64,000 nt of DNA from Bdellovibrionota bacterium (GCA_041740355.1 JBGSMD010000016.1:32001-96000), one strand, 5' to 3'. Shown: positions 1-10,401, numbered from the stretch's first letter. Program-made: numbers and translations. The notes: generated from the letters alone by a model not told the origin.

Positions 1-83
1 TTAAAGAGATAGACGCTACCACCAGCAATTATAACTACAATGACAACAAGCAGAATTAGTGCTAATTTTACAATCTTATTCAT
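1..83 (-). CDS. 5' end of a membrane-anchored/exported protein (truncated by window edge)
   Basis: ATG at 83 reads MNKIVKLALILLVVIVVIIAGGSVYLF and stays open to the window edge: basic N-terminus plus hydrophobic helix. Confidence 0.65.
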   Translation of the reverse strand, partial: MNKIVKLALILLVVIVVIIAGGSVYLF

Positions 84-104
84 GATTTTTTTTATTAATC
101 AAAA

Positions 105-1322
105 GTGACGCTGGTTTATCAAATCATAACCTTGGCCTTAAGTATAATCATATATCCATGGTTAAAGATCAATAAAAAGACTGCGCCGTTTTTATCACAG
201 CGTTATGGTTCTAATCCAGTTCCAATCGGGGAGTATTATTGGTTTCATGGGGCATCCCTAGGCGAAATTCAGGGATTAGTGCCCCTAATTAAATTACTTA
301 GAGCGGAGAAACCTAAGGCTCAAATCTTAGGGACGGCTACTTCGGTCAAAGGTTACCAACAAATGATGGAAATTGCTGACTTTGCCTCCTTACTTCCAAT
401 TGATCATCCAATTTACCTCAATAAATTTTTGGCTCATGCTACAATAAAAAAATTCATTTTTGGTGAAACAGAAATCTGGCCATCTCTAATTGACCACCTA
501 ACGAAATGCAAGGTCTCCTGTTATTTAGTAAATGGCCGGTTATCGGAATTTAATTTAAAAAAATATTTATTCTTCAAGAATTTTTTCAAGCGCTCCCTTA
601 ATAAATTAGTTGCTATAACTTGTATCTCTAAGATTTACCAAGAGCGTTTTCTCGAATTGGGCGCCAAGCCAGAGCAGGTCCAAGTAACCGGCAACTTAAA
701 ATACGATCAGTCTGGGGAGTTGATGAACCCAGTCAGTGCTAAAATTTTAGAAGCTAAAATTTTTAATAAAAAATTACCAGTATTTACAATTGCCTCGATT
801 CGACCAGATGAAGAGTTGTTTTTTTCGGAGATATTACAAAATTATCCAGGTAAATTTAATATCATTATCGCCCCTAGGCATCCTGAAAAATTTAATTATT
901 TTAAAAAATATTTATTAAACTTAGATCTTGATTTCAAATTAAAGTCGGAATTAAATCAACCTACCGATTCTAACCTAGTTCTCCTTGATACACTGGGTGA
1001 GCTAAGTCAGGTATATTCTTTTACTAAGGTAAGTTTTATTGGGGGTAGTTTAATTCCTGGGATTGGAGGGCATAATCCAATGGAAGCGGCACCATATCAA
1101 AATATTATTCTAATTGGTCCCGAGCATCAGAATCAAATTGATTGTGTTAGCGAGCTACAAAAAAACAAAGCAATTTTTGTTGTAAATAGTTCCACGGAAA
1201 TTTCGGAGATCTTAGATAATTATTTAGAGTTAGAAGATTATGGAGCTAATGCCAAAGAAACCTGGCTTAGTTTTCAAAATAAAAGTAAGTTAGTTTTTGG
1301 AATGATTTTTGCAGATGCTTAA
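105..1322 (+). CDS. waaA: 3-deoxy-D-manno-octulosonic acid (Kdo) transferase
   Basis: WFHGASLGE, ETEIWP, VNGRLS, GNLKYD, APRHPE, LDTLGEL, GGHNPMEAA motifs; adjacent to lpxK. Confidence 0.95.
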   Translation: MTLVYQIITLALSIIIYPWLKINKKTAPFLSQRYGSNPVPIGEYYWFHGASLGEIQGLVPLIKLLRAEKPKAQILGTATSVKGYQQMMEIADFASLLPIDHPIYLNKFLAHATIKKFIFGETEIWPSLIDHLTKCKVSCYLVNGRLSEFNLKKYLFFKNFFKRSLNKLVAITCISKIYQERFLELGAKPEQVQVTGNLKYDQSGELMNPVSAKILEAKIFNKKLPVFTIASIRPDEELFFSEILQNYPGKFNIIIAPRHPEKFNYFKKYLLNLDLDFKLKSELNQPTDSNLVLLDTLGELSQVYSFTKVSFIGGSLIPGIGGHNPMEAAPYQNIILIGPEHQNQIDCVSELQKNKAIFVVNSSTEISEILDNYLELEDYGANAKETWLSFQNKSKLVFGMIFADA

Positions 1323-2304
1323 GATTTTAACCATACTTTATAGTTTAATAATCAGCAGTCGTAATTTCTTGTACAACAAAAAGATCTTAGCTAGCTACAA
1401 AGCTAGTATACCAATAATTTGCGTTGGTAATGCAACGGTAGGAGGGAATGGCAAAAGTCCGATCGTGATAAAAATTGCCCAAGATTTAAAAGCAAAAGGA
1501 TATCAGCCAGTAATTCTCAGTAGAGGATATGGAGGTAAAGTTGCAGGTCCGTACATTCTAAAAAATCATGATTTGCCTAGCTCTGTTGGGGATGAACCAG
1601 TGATGCTTAGTCGAGCTACTGGTTGTCCAGTTGTTATCTCCCGAAAACGTGTAGCCGGAGCTAAACTGATTGAGAGTGAAGTACTTGGTAATATAATAAT
1701 CATGGATGATGGCTACCAACATCGAAGCTTAGAGCGAAATTTAAATATTCTTTGTTTTGATGTGAGTTCCGAGGAAGCTATCACCTTAGCTACAAATGAA
1801 ACTTTACTCCCAGTTGGTCGCTTACGTGAAAGACTTTCTGCTGCAATACAAAGATGTCATTTAGTAATTCTTAACTCTAGAAAGAATGAATTTTCCACGC
1901 TCGATCAAACTAAATTATGTAAACTGTTCGCAAAATTACCAATTTATGAAACAAGATTAGTAACGCAGGGGTTAATAAATCTTGCCAGTACTGAGAAACA
2001 ATCCATTTCAACTGGCAAAGTAGTTTTAGTTTCGTCAATTGCCAAGCCAGAGGGTTTTAAGGAAACCGTCCTTAGTAATGGGTTCCAAGTCGCAAAAACT
2101 TTTTTTTATCCAGATCATTATGAATTAACTGATCGAGAGATAAAATTAGTCCGACAAGATTTTCCTGATCTTCCAATTATTTGCACCTCTAAAGATGCCG
2201 TTAAGATTCAAGGCAAGTCGCTAGATGCTAATATTTGGGAACTTAAAACTGAATTGCAGTTTAAAGAAAGTTCTCCAGATTGGATCACTTATTGCGTTGC
2301 TTGA
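1315..2304 (+). CDS. lpxK: tetraacyldisaccharide 4'-kinase
   Basis: VGNATVGGNGKSP, LSRGYGG, GDEP, DDGYQH, LLPVGRLRE, YPDHY, TSKDAVK motifs; ATG at 1315 overlaps the waaA end. Confidence 0.95.
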   Translation: MLKILTILYSLIISSRNFLYNKKILASYKASIPIICVGNATVGGNGKSPIVIKIAQDLKAKGYQPVILSRGYGGKVAGPYILKNHDLPSSVGDEPVMLSRATGCPVVISRKRVAGAKLIESEVLGNIIIMDDGYQHRSLERNLNILCFDVSSEEAITLATNETLLPVGRLRERLSAAIQRCHLVILNSRKNEFSTLDQTKLCKLFAKLPIYETRLVTQGLINLASTEKQSISTGKVVLVSSIAKPEGFKETVLSNGFQVAKTFFYPDHYELTDREIKLVRQDFPDLPIICTSKDAVKIQGKSLDANIWELKTELQFKESSPDWITYCVA

Positions 2305-3005
2305 TGATTAGAATCTAATGTTAAGTCGTCGTAGCAATTAGCCATTTCCATAAGATTATTCATCTCTGATTCAACACGATGAATCATTTCTAATAATTCC
2401 TGTTCACTAAGCTGTCTAGCTATAGTGATTGGCTTACCAATTAAAAAAGTACCCTTACAAAATGGTTTTGGTAAAATCATCTTGTCCCAGCTTTTAAATT
2501 GCCAAAAGGAATTTGTGCTAATGACTAAAGGAAAGATAGGTGTGCCAGTCGCCATTGCTAATTGAATAACTCCACGCTTTAATTTATAAATTGGGCCTCG
2601 TGGTCCATCAGGAGTTATTACCGCGGAAAAACCTTTGTTTATCAGGTCAATTAATGCAAGTAGTGCTTCCTTACCGCCTTCAGTGGAAGATCCTGCTACG
2701 GAATTGATATTAAATCTTTTAACTGTTTTCGCTATTAATCTTCCATCGGTATGTTTGGAGATCATTACATAGGGAGTTGGAGTATTTTGAAGCTTTAGTC
2801 CTAATAATAACTGCGGCATGGTTAGCTGTTGATTATGCCAAAAGGACATGATGACCGGTTTTGTTTGAAATACTTCTTGGGATGATGGGTCTAAGAATTG
2901 GTAATCCCATCGTTGGGTTGAGTAAAGTATTTTTAGAAAATAGTATCCTAAAAAGGAACCCACATTCACCATAAAAGTTCTTTTAATCTTCTTCCACTTA
3001 GACAT
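2289..3005 (-). CDS. DUF374 / lysophospholipid acyltransferase family protein (LpxJ-like lipid A acyltransferase)
   Basis: FWHNQ, SKHTDG, GSST, ITPDGPRGP, SWDKMILPKPF motifs typical of DUF374; lipid A gene context; start taken at ATG 3005 (MSKWKK). Confidence 0.85.
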   Translation of the reverse strand: MSKWKKIKRTFMVNVGSFLGYYFLKILYSTQRWDYQFLDPSSQEVFQTKPVIMSFWHNQQLTMPQLLLGLKLQNTPTPYVMISKHTDGRLIAKTVKRFNINSVAGSSTEGGKEALLALIDLINKGFSAVITPDGPRGPIYKLKRGVIQLAMATGTPIFPLVISTNSFWQFKSWDKMILPKPFCKGTFLIGKPITIARQLSEQELLEMIHRVESEMNNLMEMANCYDDLTLDSNHQATQ

Positions 3006-5943
3006 AGCTCTGAACAACATCCTCTTTAAACTGTAAACTATGAAGCTTTAGGTAAGTACCATCTTTAGCTAAGAGCTCTTGGTGAGTACCTGCCTCAACA
3101 ATTCTGCCTTGCTCCATAACAGCAATCAAATCTGCATTTCTAATTGTAGAAAGTCTATGGGCAATAATAATTGCCGTTCTTCCTTTCTGCAATCTTTCTA
3201 ACGCCTTTTGAACTTCATTCTCGGAACGATTATCTAGGGCCGCAGTTGCTTCATCAAGGATTAGAATTGGAGCATTTTTTAAGATTGCTCTGGCAATCGC
3301 AATCCTTTGTTTTTCACCTCCTGATAACGTTGCACCATTTTCACCAACTATAGTTTGATAGCCATACTCAAACTGGCTGATGAACTGATCGGCATAAGCC
3401 GCTTTAGCTGCTTCTCGTACTTCTTCTAGGCTAGCCTGATGATTACCGTAGGCTATGTTATTAAAGATTGTATCATTAAATAGAAAAGTAGTTTGATTTA
3501 CCATTGCTATTTGCTTTCTCAGGTCTGTAAGTCCAAATTCCCTAAGATTAATTCCTCCGATGGTAATTTCTCCTATCTCGGGGTCTATAAACCTTGGTAA
3601 TAGATCGACCAAGGTGCTTTTTCCAGAACCAGAAAAACCAACTAATGCTAATTTTTGTCCAGGTTTTATAGAGAGGTTAATATTTTCAAGTGCTGGAGTA
3701 TTTGCTTTAGGATATGAAAAAGTAACATTCTTAAATTCAATTTGATAATTACTCGGAACTGCAATTGGTGAATCTGTTTCTTTCACCGGGGATTCAGCAT
3801 CAAGAATTTCATAAATTCTTTCCGCTCCAGATAAGCCCTGTTGTAATTGATGATAAACTTTAGAAAGTTTTTTTATTGGATCGTAAAGTAGGAATACGGC
3901 AATCAAGAAGGCAATAAACTCACCTTGGCTGCGAGTTCCAGTTATAACGCTGCTACCGCCATATATAATTACACAACAAACAGCTAGTACCGCAATAATT
4001 TCATTTACTGGATTGGACAGCGCATTGTACTTTTCGGACTTAACAAAAACATTTGTAAGCTGCTGGTTTTTAGCTTCAAATTTGTCTTGTTCAAAATTTT
4101 CTTGATTAAAAAGCTTGATTACACGGTTACCAGCAACACTTTCTTGCACTAAAGAACTAGCATTCCCAATTTCTGCTTGTCCTACTTTACTCAGTTTTCT
4201 AATTTTGCGTCCAAAGTGGTAAACTGGATAAACACAAAGTGGTAGTGCAATAAAAGCAATAACTGCTAGAGTTGGATCAAGATAAATAGCTGCTATAATT
4301 AGGGCAATTACTCTAATGGAATCTCGCACAACGGAAGCGGAAGATTTTGTTAAGAACTCACGAACTAATAGTACATCGCTGGTAAAGCGTGCCAAGATGC
4401 TACCACTAGAATTAAATGCAAAATATTCAGGAGTAAGCTTCAACAGTTGTTGGTGCATCTTATTACGCATGTCACGTACAAGGTTATGTCCAATCGAGGC
4501 CATCAAATATTCTTGTAAAAATCCGCTGACAGCACGAATAAGCCCTAATCCAATTAAGATGAAAGGTAAGATCCAGAGTGCGCTAGAACTCTTATCAGCG
4601 AAAACCCCATCTAAAAAATGTTTAATGATCAGTGGCAATGTTCCATCAGTGGCTCCAAAAATTACCATTGCACCTAATGCTAGAGCAAAGTCCTTACGAT
4701 AGTTTTTAAGATTAGCAAGTAATCGAACAACTAAGTTTGTTTTGTCGACAAATACTGTAGTCGCATGATTAATTTGAATTTCAGTAGCTGCTCTTTGATA
4801 GGCAGATGCTTGGGGAGCATTGTCAGCAACCAAGGCATTACGGATTTCCCCAAAATCTGTGAGCATCTTTAGACGATATTCTTGATTATAAATTAATTCT
4901 TTTAGTTCTTGAGCGATTGCCTCCGGCTTAAACTCTTCTTGGATAAATTCTTTAATCGTTTTGGTCTTCATTATATTGACCAAAGAAAACTCTTTCAGGG
5001 TTACAAATTTTTTAACCATCCAATGGGCAAACCAGGATGCTTGATAAAAACAACAAAATGGCAGATTTAAATAGGCAGCTTCCAAGTTGCAGGTACCAGA
5101 CTTTAGCAATCCAGCATCAACGTTTTTCATAACGACTCGGGAATCTGTTTGCGAAACTTTAATCCAGTCATATTGATCATTAATTTTTGAAAAGAGTTTA
5201 GGTGATTGTGAAGGAGCAATCACAAAAAGAGCTTGGAGTTCTGGGATTTCTTTTTTAGCTTTTAATAAACAGCTGATCATTGTTGGTAGATGTTTTAATA
5301 TTTCTGACTTGCGACTGCCTGCCAAGACAGCAATTGTTGGGTAGCTAGGTACAAGACCCAAAGATCGGAGTAGGCTACTTCGATCTTTATAATGTATTCC
5401 TTGTTCATTTAATAATTCAGTATTAAAGGGATGGCCAATAAAGTTTGCTTTGGAATAGTTATTTTTCTCAAAAAACTCTGATTCAAAGGGAAAGATAGTT
5501 AGAGTTTGATCGATGTATTTATGAAAAGATTTAATCCTCTTTTGGCGCCAAGCCCAGATCTTTGGTGGGATAAAGTATACCGTTTTGATATTAATAAATT
5601 TTGCAAAACGTGCTAAGCGGAGGTTAAAGTCTGGATAATCAACTACAATCAGCATTTCTGGTTTCCAACTTTTTAGGAAGATACAAAAACGAAAAAAAAT
5701 TGGAAAAACACTTAGGATTTTTAGTAGGTTAAAACCGTTAATTGCTCCCTTCGTTTCAGAGTTAATAATTAATTTAACTCCAGCAAGTTCCAAATTCTTA
5801 CCTCCCATACCAGCAAATTCAGCATTTGGGTATTGTTCCCTCAGTGCTTCCACTAATTTGGCAGCGTGTTGATCTCCAGATAGCTCACCGGCAGAAATTG
5901 CGATTCTAATATGTTGCTGATTGATTACATTGTGTATAGTCAA
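2998..5943 (-). CDS. lpxB-msbA: fused lipid-A-disaccharide synthase LpxB + lipid A flippase MsbA (ABC transporter)
   Basis: N-terminal ~390 aa: AGELSGD, VDYPDFN, PPKIWAWR, IFPFE, GHP, GSRKSE, KSGTCNLE (LpxB). C-terminal ~580 aa: ABC TMD plus GFSGSGKS, LSGGEKQR, ILDEATAALD, IAHRLST. One uninterrupted ORF. Confidence 0.9.
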   Translation of the reverse strand: MTIHNVINQQHIRIAISAGELSGDQHAAKLVEALREQYPNAEFAGMGGKNLELAGVKLIINSETKGAINGFNLLKILSVFPIFFRFCIFLKSWKPEMLIVVDYPDFNLRLARFAKFINIKTVYFIPPKIWAWRQKRIKSFHKYIDQTLTIFPFESEFFEKNNYSKANFIGHPFNTELLNEQGIHYKDRSSLLRSLGLVPSYPTIAVLAGSRKSEILKHLPTMISCLLKAKKEIPELQALFVIAPSQSPKLFSKINDQYDWIKVSQTDSRVVMKNVDAGLLKSGTCNLEAAYLNLPFCCFYQASWFAHWMVKKFVTLKEFSLVNIMKTKTIKEFIQEEFKPEAIAQELKELIYNQEYRLKMLTDFGEIRNALVADNAPQASAYQRAATEIQINHATTVFVDKTNLVVRLLANLKNYRKDFALALGAMVIFGATDGTLPLIIKHFLDGVFADKSSSALWILPFILIGLGLIRAVSGFLQEYLMASIGHNLVRDMRNKMHQQLLKLTPEYFAFNSSGSILARFTSDVLLVREFLTKSSASVVRDSIRVIALIIAAIYLDPTLAVIAFIALPLCVYPVYHFGRKIRKLSKVGQAEIGNASSLVQESVAGNRVIKLFNQENFEQDKFEAKNQQLTNVFVKSEKYNALSNPVNEIIAVLAVCCVIIYGGSSVITGTRSQGEFIAFLIAVFLLYDPIKKLSKVYHQLQQGLSGAERIYEILDAESPVKETDSPIAVPSNYQIEFKNVTFSYPKANTPALENINLSIKPGQKLALVGFSGSGKSTLVDLLPRFIDPEIGEITIGGINLREFGLTDLRKQIAMVNQTTFLFNDTIFNNIAYGNHQASLEEVREAAKAAYADQFISQFEYGYQTIVGENGATLSGGEKQRIAIARAILKNAPILILDEATAALDNRSENEVQKALERLQKGRTAIIIAHRLSTIRNADLIAVMEQGRIVEAGTHQELLAKDGTYLKLHSLQFKEDVVQSYV

Positions 5944-5962
5944 AGTGAGATCCTGAAGTATT

Positions 5963-6109
5963 TATAGTGAGTCCAAAAAGTAATTTCCTATGGAAATTAT
6001 TTTTTGGGGCTTACTATCCCCCGGAGGGATAAAAAATTCATATAGTTATGACAAAAAACACAAAACTTATTTTTAAAACATTCGGAAAATACTTTTTGTC
6101 ATAACTATA
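5963..6109 (+). repeat. TATAGT-ended two-hairpin MITE-like repeat, full copy (module A - linker - module B)
   Basis: tatagtgagtccaaaaagtaatttcc..ggaaattattttttggggcttactat / cccccggagggat / tatagttatgacaaaaa..tttttgtcataactata; homologous copies elsewhere in the window. Confidence 0.9.
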
Positions 6110-6219
6110 TATAATGAGTTTATACTATCAAATTAGTATTTATTTGCCAAAGTTTAAACTACTAGCGCCACTTAGGAAGTCTTCCCAGTTCCTAAGGATT
6201 TAAAGTCTTTATTTTAAGT

Positions 6220-8076
6220 ATGCGAAACTATAATTTTCTCTGTAAATACGTATTAATTTCAACAATTTTACTTTTTGTTTCTTGTAGTACAAAAGCTGAA
6301 CAGCCAGCTACCTTGGAACCAGTTGTAGCAGCCGCGAAACCTTTAGGAGAATTAAATTCCACTAAAAAATTCTCGACTTTAGATGTGGAAGCCTTCAAAG
6401 AGAGCGATCTCAGCAAGTATCAAGAAATAATTCAGAAAAATCTTGTTATTAAAGTTTCTGACGAAGTTTTGAGGCAAGAAATAACAACAGGAATATTAAA
6501 AGCAGCTAAGACCTATCATCTAAATCCAATATTTTTATTGGCAATTGCCGAAGCCACCTCTAACCTGAAACCAGATTTTATTGGGAATGATCGCTTTGGC
6601 TTTATTCCACTAAATCAAGCCAAGGCTAATTATATTTCCAAGCTTTACAATATTCCCCTGAGTGATCCGGCAGAGTTACAAAATTTTTCTAAAAATTTAG
6701 AATTAGCAGGAGCATATTTTGGTTTCGTGGGTGAGCTTTATCAAAATAACTATGAGCATTATGTCTTAGCTTATAATTGGAATGCTGAAGCTTTAAGTGT
6801 TTTTCTTAAAAGCAGAACGGGCTTACCAAAGGAACACCAGAAGTTACTCAGTCAAGTAGCTAAGGTTTATCAGTCTTATTTTCAAGAGCAGAAACTTGGA
6901 ACTACTCCTATTGAAAAATCAGCAGGAACAACTGATAGGAAAACAGTAGAAAATCCAGAAGTACCAAAAGCGAGCGACCCTGTTGCTACAAAAGAGGTGG
7001 AGCTAAGCCAAGTTGACCCAATTATTAAAACTGATTCTACTAAATCATTGCCAGAGTATTATCTCACAACAAAAACTAAAAAATCTTCTAATGAATATTA
7101 TCAAAAATTATTAAGTTTAACTCTAGCTGAGAAAATAAATCTTACGAATCCACAGATAATCCTAAAGGCAATCGTCGCTAAAAGTATGGAGGCTAATATT
7201 GATCCCGTTTTCGTTTTTAGTTTTATTAAAAATTCTAGTAATTTTAATGAGCAACTAAGTATTAATAATAAATTTGGAATACTACAAATTTCTTTAGAAG
7301 ATGCTGAGCTAGCGGCAAATTTTATAGGACAACCTTGGACTGGAAAAGATAGTTTATATGTAGTGGAGCAAAACTTAGCTCTAGGTCTGGGGTATTTAAA
7401 GATTTGTCATAATATTTTTGATAATAATTCTTTTCAAGCATTAGCTGGATATCGTTGGGGAATTAAAAATTTAATCTTAGCTTTAAAAAACAAATCTGAT
7501 ATTCCTCCCTTGGTTATTCGTTACCCACAGATAATCTTAGAGGAATATCAAACTTATAAGGGAGAATTGAATAATCCTAAACAAAATAAATTAGCAGAGA
7601 CTGGTGACCGTAAGAACATTACTCTTGCTGTGGAGCCGCTCCAAAAATTTATTTGTCACTCGACACAGGAATTAGATCTATGCACCAAGCTGACAAATCT
7701 AATCAAGAAAGAATCCGGTTATTATCAAGTTACACCAATGACCTTAGCAAAATATGCTCAACTGCAAAGTAACTTTAAAGTAGATTTGCAGGCCAATGGT
7801 CGATTCGGATTATTTCAATGGAGTGCGAGTGAGGCTGAAAAAATTGCCGAGTATGCCAAAGTTGCTTGGGCTGGTCCAAAAGAATTACTAAAACCTGAGT
7901 ATTCCATAAAAATTGCGGCAAAATATTATAATTATTTGGAGCAAAGATTCAAAGGTAATAAGAAATATATTGCTCTGGCTTTATTTTGGGATGTTGATCT
8001 TTTAACCAAAACTATCAGTTCAAAAGGAGCGATCCCTAATGATGTGAACTCTAAGGCGACGCAACTTCTACAATAG
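6220..8076 (+). CDS. lipoprotein with three tandem SLT (lytic transglycosylase)-like domains, catalytic Glu absent
   Basis: Lipobox LFVSC; three repeats of SNF/L..G-x-x-Q..N-x-x-G-x-x-Y..AYNW-type SLT signatures (ATSNL, NSSNF, LQSNF). Confidence 0.75.
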   Translation: MRNYNFLCKYVLISTILLFVSCSTKAEQPATLEPVVAAAKPLGELNSTKKFSTLDVEAFKESDLSKYQEIIQKNLVIKVSDEVLRQEITTGILKAAKTYHLNPIFLLAIAEATSNLKPDFIGNDRFGFIPLNQAKANYISKLYNIPLSDPAELQNFSKNLELAGAYFGFVGELYQNNYEHYVLAYNWNAEALSVFLKSRTGLPKEHQKLLSQVAKVYQSYFQEQKLGTTPIEKSAGTTDRKTVENPEVPKASDPVATKEVELSQVDPIIKTDSTKSLPEYYLTTKTKKSSNEYYQKLLSLTLAEKINLTNPQIILKAIVAKSMEANIDPVFVFSFIKNSSNFNEQLSINNKFGILQISLEDAELAANFIGQPWTGKDSLYVVEQNLALGLGYLKICHNIFDNNSFQALAGYRWGIKNLILALKNKSDIPPLVIRYPQIILEEYQTYKGELNNPKQNKLAETGDRKNITLAVEPLQKFICHSTQELDLCTKLTNLIKKESGYYQVTPMTLAKYAQLQSNFKVDLQANGRFGLFQWSASEAEKIAEYAKVAWAGPKELLKPEYSIKIAAKYYNYLEQRFKGNKKYIALALFWDVDLLTKTISSKGAIPNDVNSKATQLLQ

Positions 8077-8505
8077 CTACTGATTCGTTAAGTATGGAAA
8101 GAGAAATACGTTAACTTCACTTTGAGCTAATCCTAGCTCAACATCAAGATTTGCTTCTCTAAGTTGTCCAAGTCCTCGCCCATTATTTCGAGGATCGCTA
8201 TCAAGCATAGCAATATAGATTTTCTTGGGATGCACTTTAATTAGGCGCTCAGTGCAGGCCGGAGTTCTTCCAAAGAAAGAACAAGGTTCTAACGTCACAT
8301 AGAGTTCACACTCGGCCAGTTTATATTTGCAATTATCAATTGCCATAATCTCAGCGTGTCTTTCTCCAGGCTCTTGAGTATAGCCTGAGGCGACAATCTT
8401 ATCTTGATAAGTAATTACACAACCAACCGGAGGATTCGGGCGGCATTTAGGAAGAGCTTGTTTGCTAATTGCTAGTGCTTCTAGCATAAATTCTTTTGGT
8501 TTCAT
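8077..8505 (-). CDS. ribD: stand-alone diaminohydroxyphosphoribosylaminopyrimidine deaminase (RibD N-domain)
   Basis: PNPPVGCVI, HAE, YVTLEPCSFFGRTPAC motifs; ATG at 8505 overlaps the upstream TGA (ATGA). Confidence 0.88.
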   Translation of the reverse strand: MKPKEFMLEALAISKQALPKCRPNPPVGCVITYQDKIVASGYTQEPGERHAEIMAIDNCKYKLAECELYVTLEPCSFFGRTPACTERLIKVHPKKIYIAMLDSDPRNNGRGLGQLREANLDVELGLAQSEVNVFLFPYLTNQ

Positions 8506-9170
8506 GCTTTTTTCTTGAACCAATTAATTGTTGTTGTACCAAGTTGTTCTGATTTAAATTCTTTTAGGGATAGCAATTTGGTAATGTTAAATCTGGGTGC
8601 AGAAATCGGGAGTGGACCTAATGTAATTGGGGCAATTGCCAGTCTAAGTTGATCAAATAGTTCTAAATTTATTAGCTGATTAATTAAATTGGCACCTCCT
8701 TCTACTAATAGCTGATTAATACCGAGAGCTTTTAATTGCTTCATTAACTCTGGTAGTGAACTGGGTAGTGGGAGTATTTTAACTCCGAAAACAGGATTTG
8801 GTATTTTTAATTGATCACAGAAAATAATAGTAGGAGCTTCTCCCGAGAAAATCTTTGAGTTTGGAGGCAAAATCCCCGAGGCACTAATTACTATTCGCCA
8901 AGGCTGATTTGTTAAGTTGTTTTGAATTCGTTGACTTATGTACTCAGCATTTTTAATTAAGAGTCGTGGATCATCTTTACGGATAGTATTGGCGCCTACA
9001 AGGATGGCATCGACTTCTGATCTTAATTGATCAACTGCAAGCTTATCTTCTTCGCTGGAAAGAATTAAACGATCAGTATTCAGATCATCTAAATAACCAT
9101 CAATACTAATAGCCAATTTTAAAATTATTTTGGGATAGTCTGTTCCTGAAAATTCTTCCTGCTTATTCAC
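8502..9170 (-). CDS. stand-alone 5-amino-6-(5-phosphoribosylamino)uracil reductase (RibD C-domain, Rib7-like)
   Basis: [29 protein letters not shown] motifs; located between ribBA and the deaminase. Confidence 0.85.
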   Translation of the reverse strand: MNKQEEFSGTDYPKIILKLAISIDGYLDDLNTDRLILSSEEDKLAVDQLRSEVDAILVGANTIRKDDPRLLIKNAEYISQRIQNNLTNQPWRIVISASGILPPNSKIFSGEAPTIIFCDQLKIPNPVFGVKILPLPSSLPELMKQLKALGINQLLVEGGANLINQLINLELFDQLRLAIAPITLGPLPISAPRFNITKLLSLKEFKSEQLGTTTINWFKKKA

Positions 9171-10392
9171 TGATTAGTTTTAGATTATGGCCAAGTTTAT
9201 CACGTTTAGTTTTCAAGTATTTCAGATTGTGCTTATTGGGTTTAATTTCAATGGGCACATTTTGAACAATCTCTAAGCCATATCCAATTAGACCGATTCT
9301 TTTACGTGGATTATTAGTCAGAAATTTTATTTTGCTAACATTTAGATCTCTTAGGATCTGCGCACCAATACCATAATCACGTTGATCTTTAGAAAACCCA
9401 AGAGCTAAGTTTGCCTCAACTGTATCCATCCCTTCTTCTTGAAGTTGGTAAGCTTTGAGTTTATTGAGCAGGCCAATTCCACGACCCTCTTGGTTCATAT
9501 AAAGTATGACTCCTTTTCCTTGAGTGTTGATCATTTCCATGGCAAAACTTAGTTGATCCCCACAATCACAGCGCAGCGAATGTAAGACATCACCAGTTAC
9601 GCACGATGAATGAACACGAACTAGGACGGGTTCTTCCGTTTGCCACTCACCTTTGGTAAGAGCTAAATGCACATTTGTGGTGTGGTCTTCGGAGTAAGCA
9701 GTCAAATTAAAATCCCCATATTTCGTAGGAAGTTTAATTTGAACTTCCTTCTTAATTAATTTTTCACGGTATAGGCGATATTCAATCAAATCTTTAATTG
9801 AAATTATTTTTAACTTATGAAGTTTGGCGATCTTTAAAAGCTCCGGAAGTCGGGCCATTGTGCCATCTTCATTCATGATCTCTACCAGCACAGCAGCTGG
9901 TTGTAATCCTGCTAATTGAGCTAAATCCACACCTGCTTCTGTATGGCCAGCTCTCCTAAGTACTCCACCAGGTTTTGCTGAAAGGGGAAAGATGTGACCA
10001 GGCCGAGAAAATTGATGAGCTTTAAAATTTGGATTTGCTAATGCTTGAACTGTAGCCGAACGATCCGCAGCCGAAACACCAGTAGTTATACCTGTTGCAA
10101 TTAAGTCCACTGGAACAGTGAAAGGAGTAGCATAGCGACTGGTATTATTATTAACCATTAGTTCTAATCCTAACTCCTGACAGCGAGATTCTGGAAGTGG
10201 GGCACAGATAATACCGCGTCCTTCTTTTGCCATGAAATTAATAATCTCTGGGGTGGCCATTTCAGCAGCGACAACAAAATCACCTTCGTTTTCGCGTGCT
10301 TCATCATCCACCACAATGACTAGTTTTCCAGCTTTAATGTCGTATATTGCATCAGCGATTGAATCAAGCTCAGACTTATTTTTTGTGGCCAT
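9163..10392 (-). CDS. ribBA: bifunctional DHBP synthase / GTP cyclohydrolase II
   Basis: [54 protein letters not shown] motifs. Confidence 0.97.
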   Translation of the reverse strand: MATKNKSELDSIADAIYDIKAGKLVIVVDDEARENEGDFVVAAEMATPEIINFMAKEGRGIICAPLPESRCQELGLELMVNNNTSRYATPFTVPVDLIATGITTGVSAADRSATVQALANPNFKAHQFSRPGHIFPLSAKPGGVLRRAGHTEAGVDLAQLAGLQPAAVLVEIMNEDGTMARLPELLKIAKLHKLKIISIKDLIEYRLYREKLIKKEVQIKLPTKYGDFNLTAYSEDHTTNVHLALTKGEWQTEEPVLVRVHSSCVTGDVLHSLRCDCGDQLSFAMEMINTQGKGVILYMNQEGRGIGLLNKLKAYQLQEEGMDTVEANLALGFSKDQRDYGIGAQILRDLNVSKIKFLTNNPRKRIGLIGYGLEIVQNVPIEIKPNKHNLKYLKTKRDKLGHNLKLISE

Positions 10393-10401
10393 TGTTTTTC
10401 C

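Noticed and set aside
3171-4702. Short plus-strand ORFs antisense to lpxB-msbA, and similar shadow ORFs (e.g. 18117, 20587, 26671, 26934, 28344, 29559, 36433, 47323, 59445, 59943, 62793)
   Set aside because: Fully or largely overlap well-supported genes on the opposite strand or in another frame, with no motifs.
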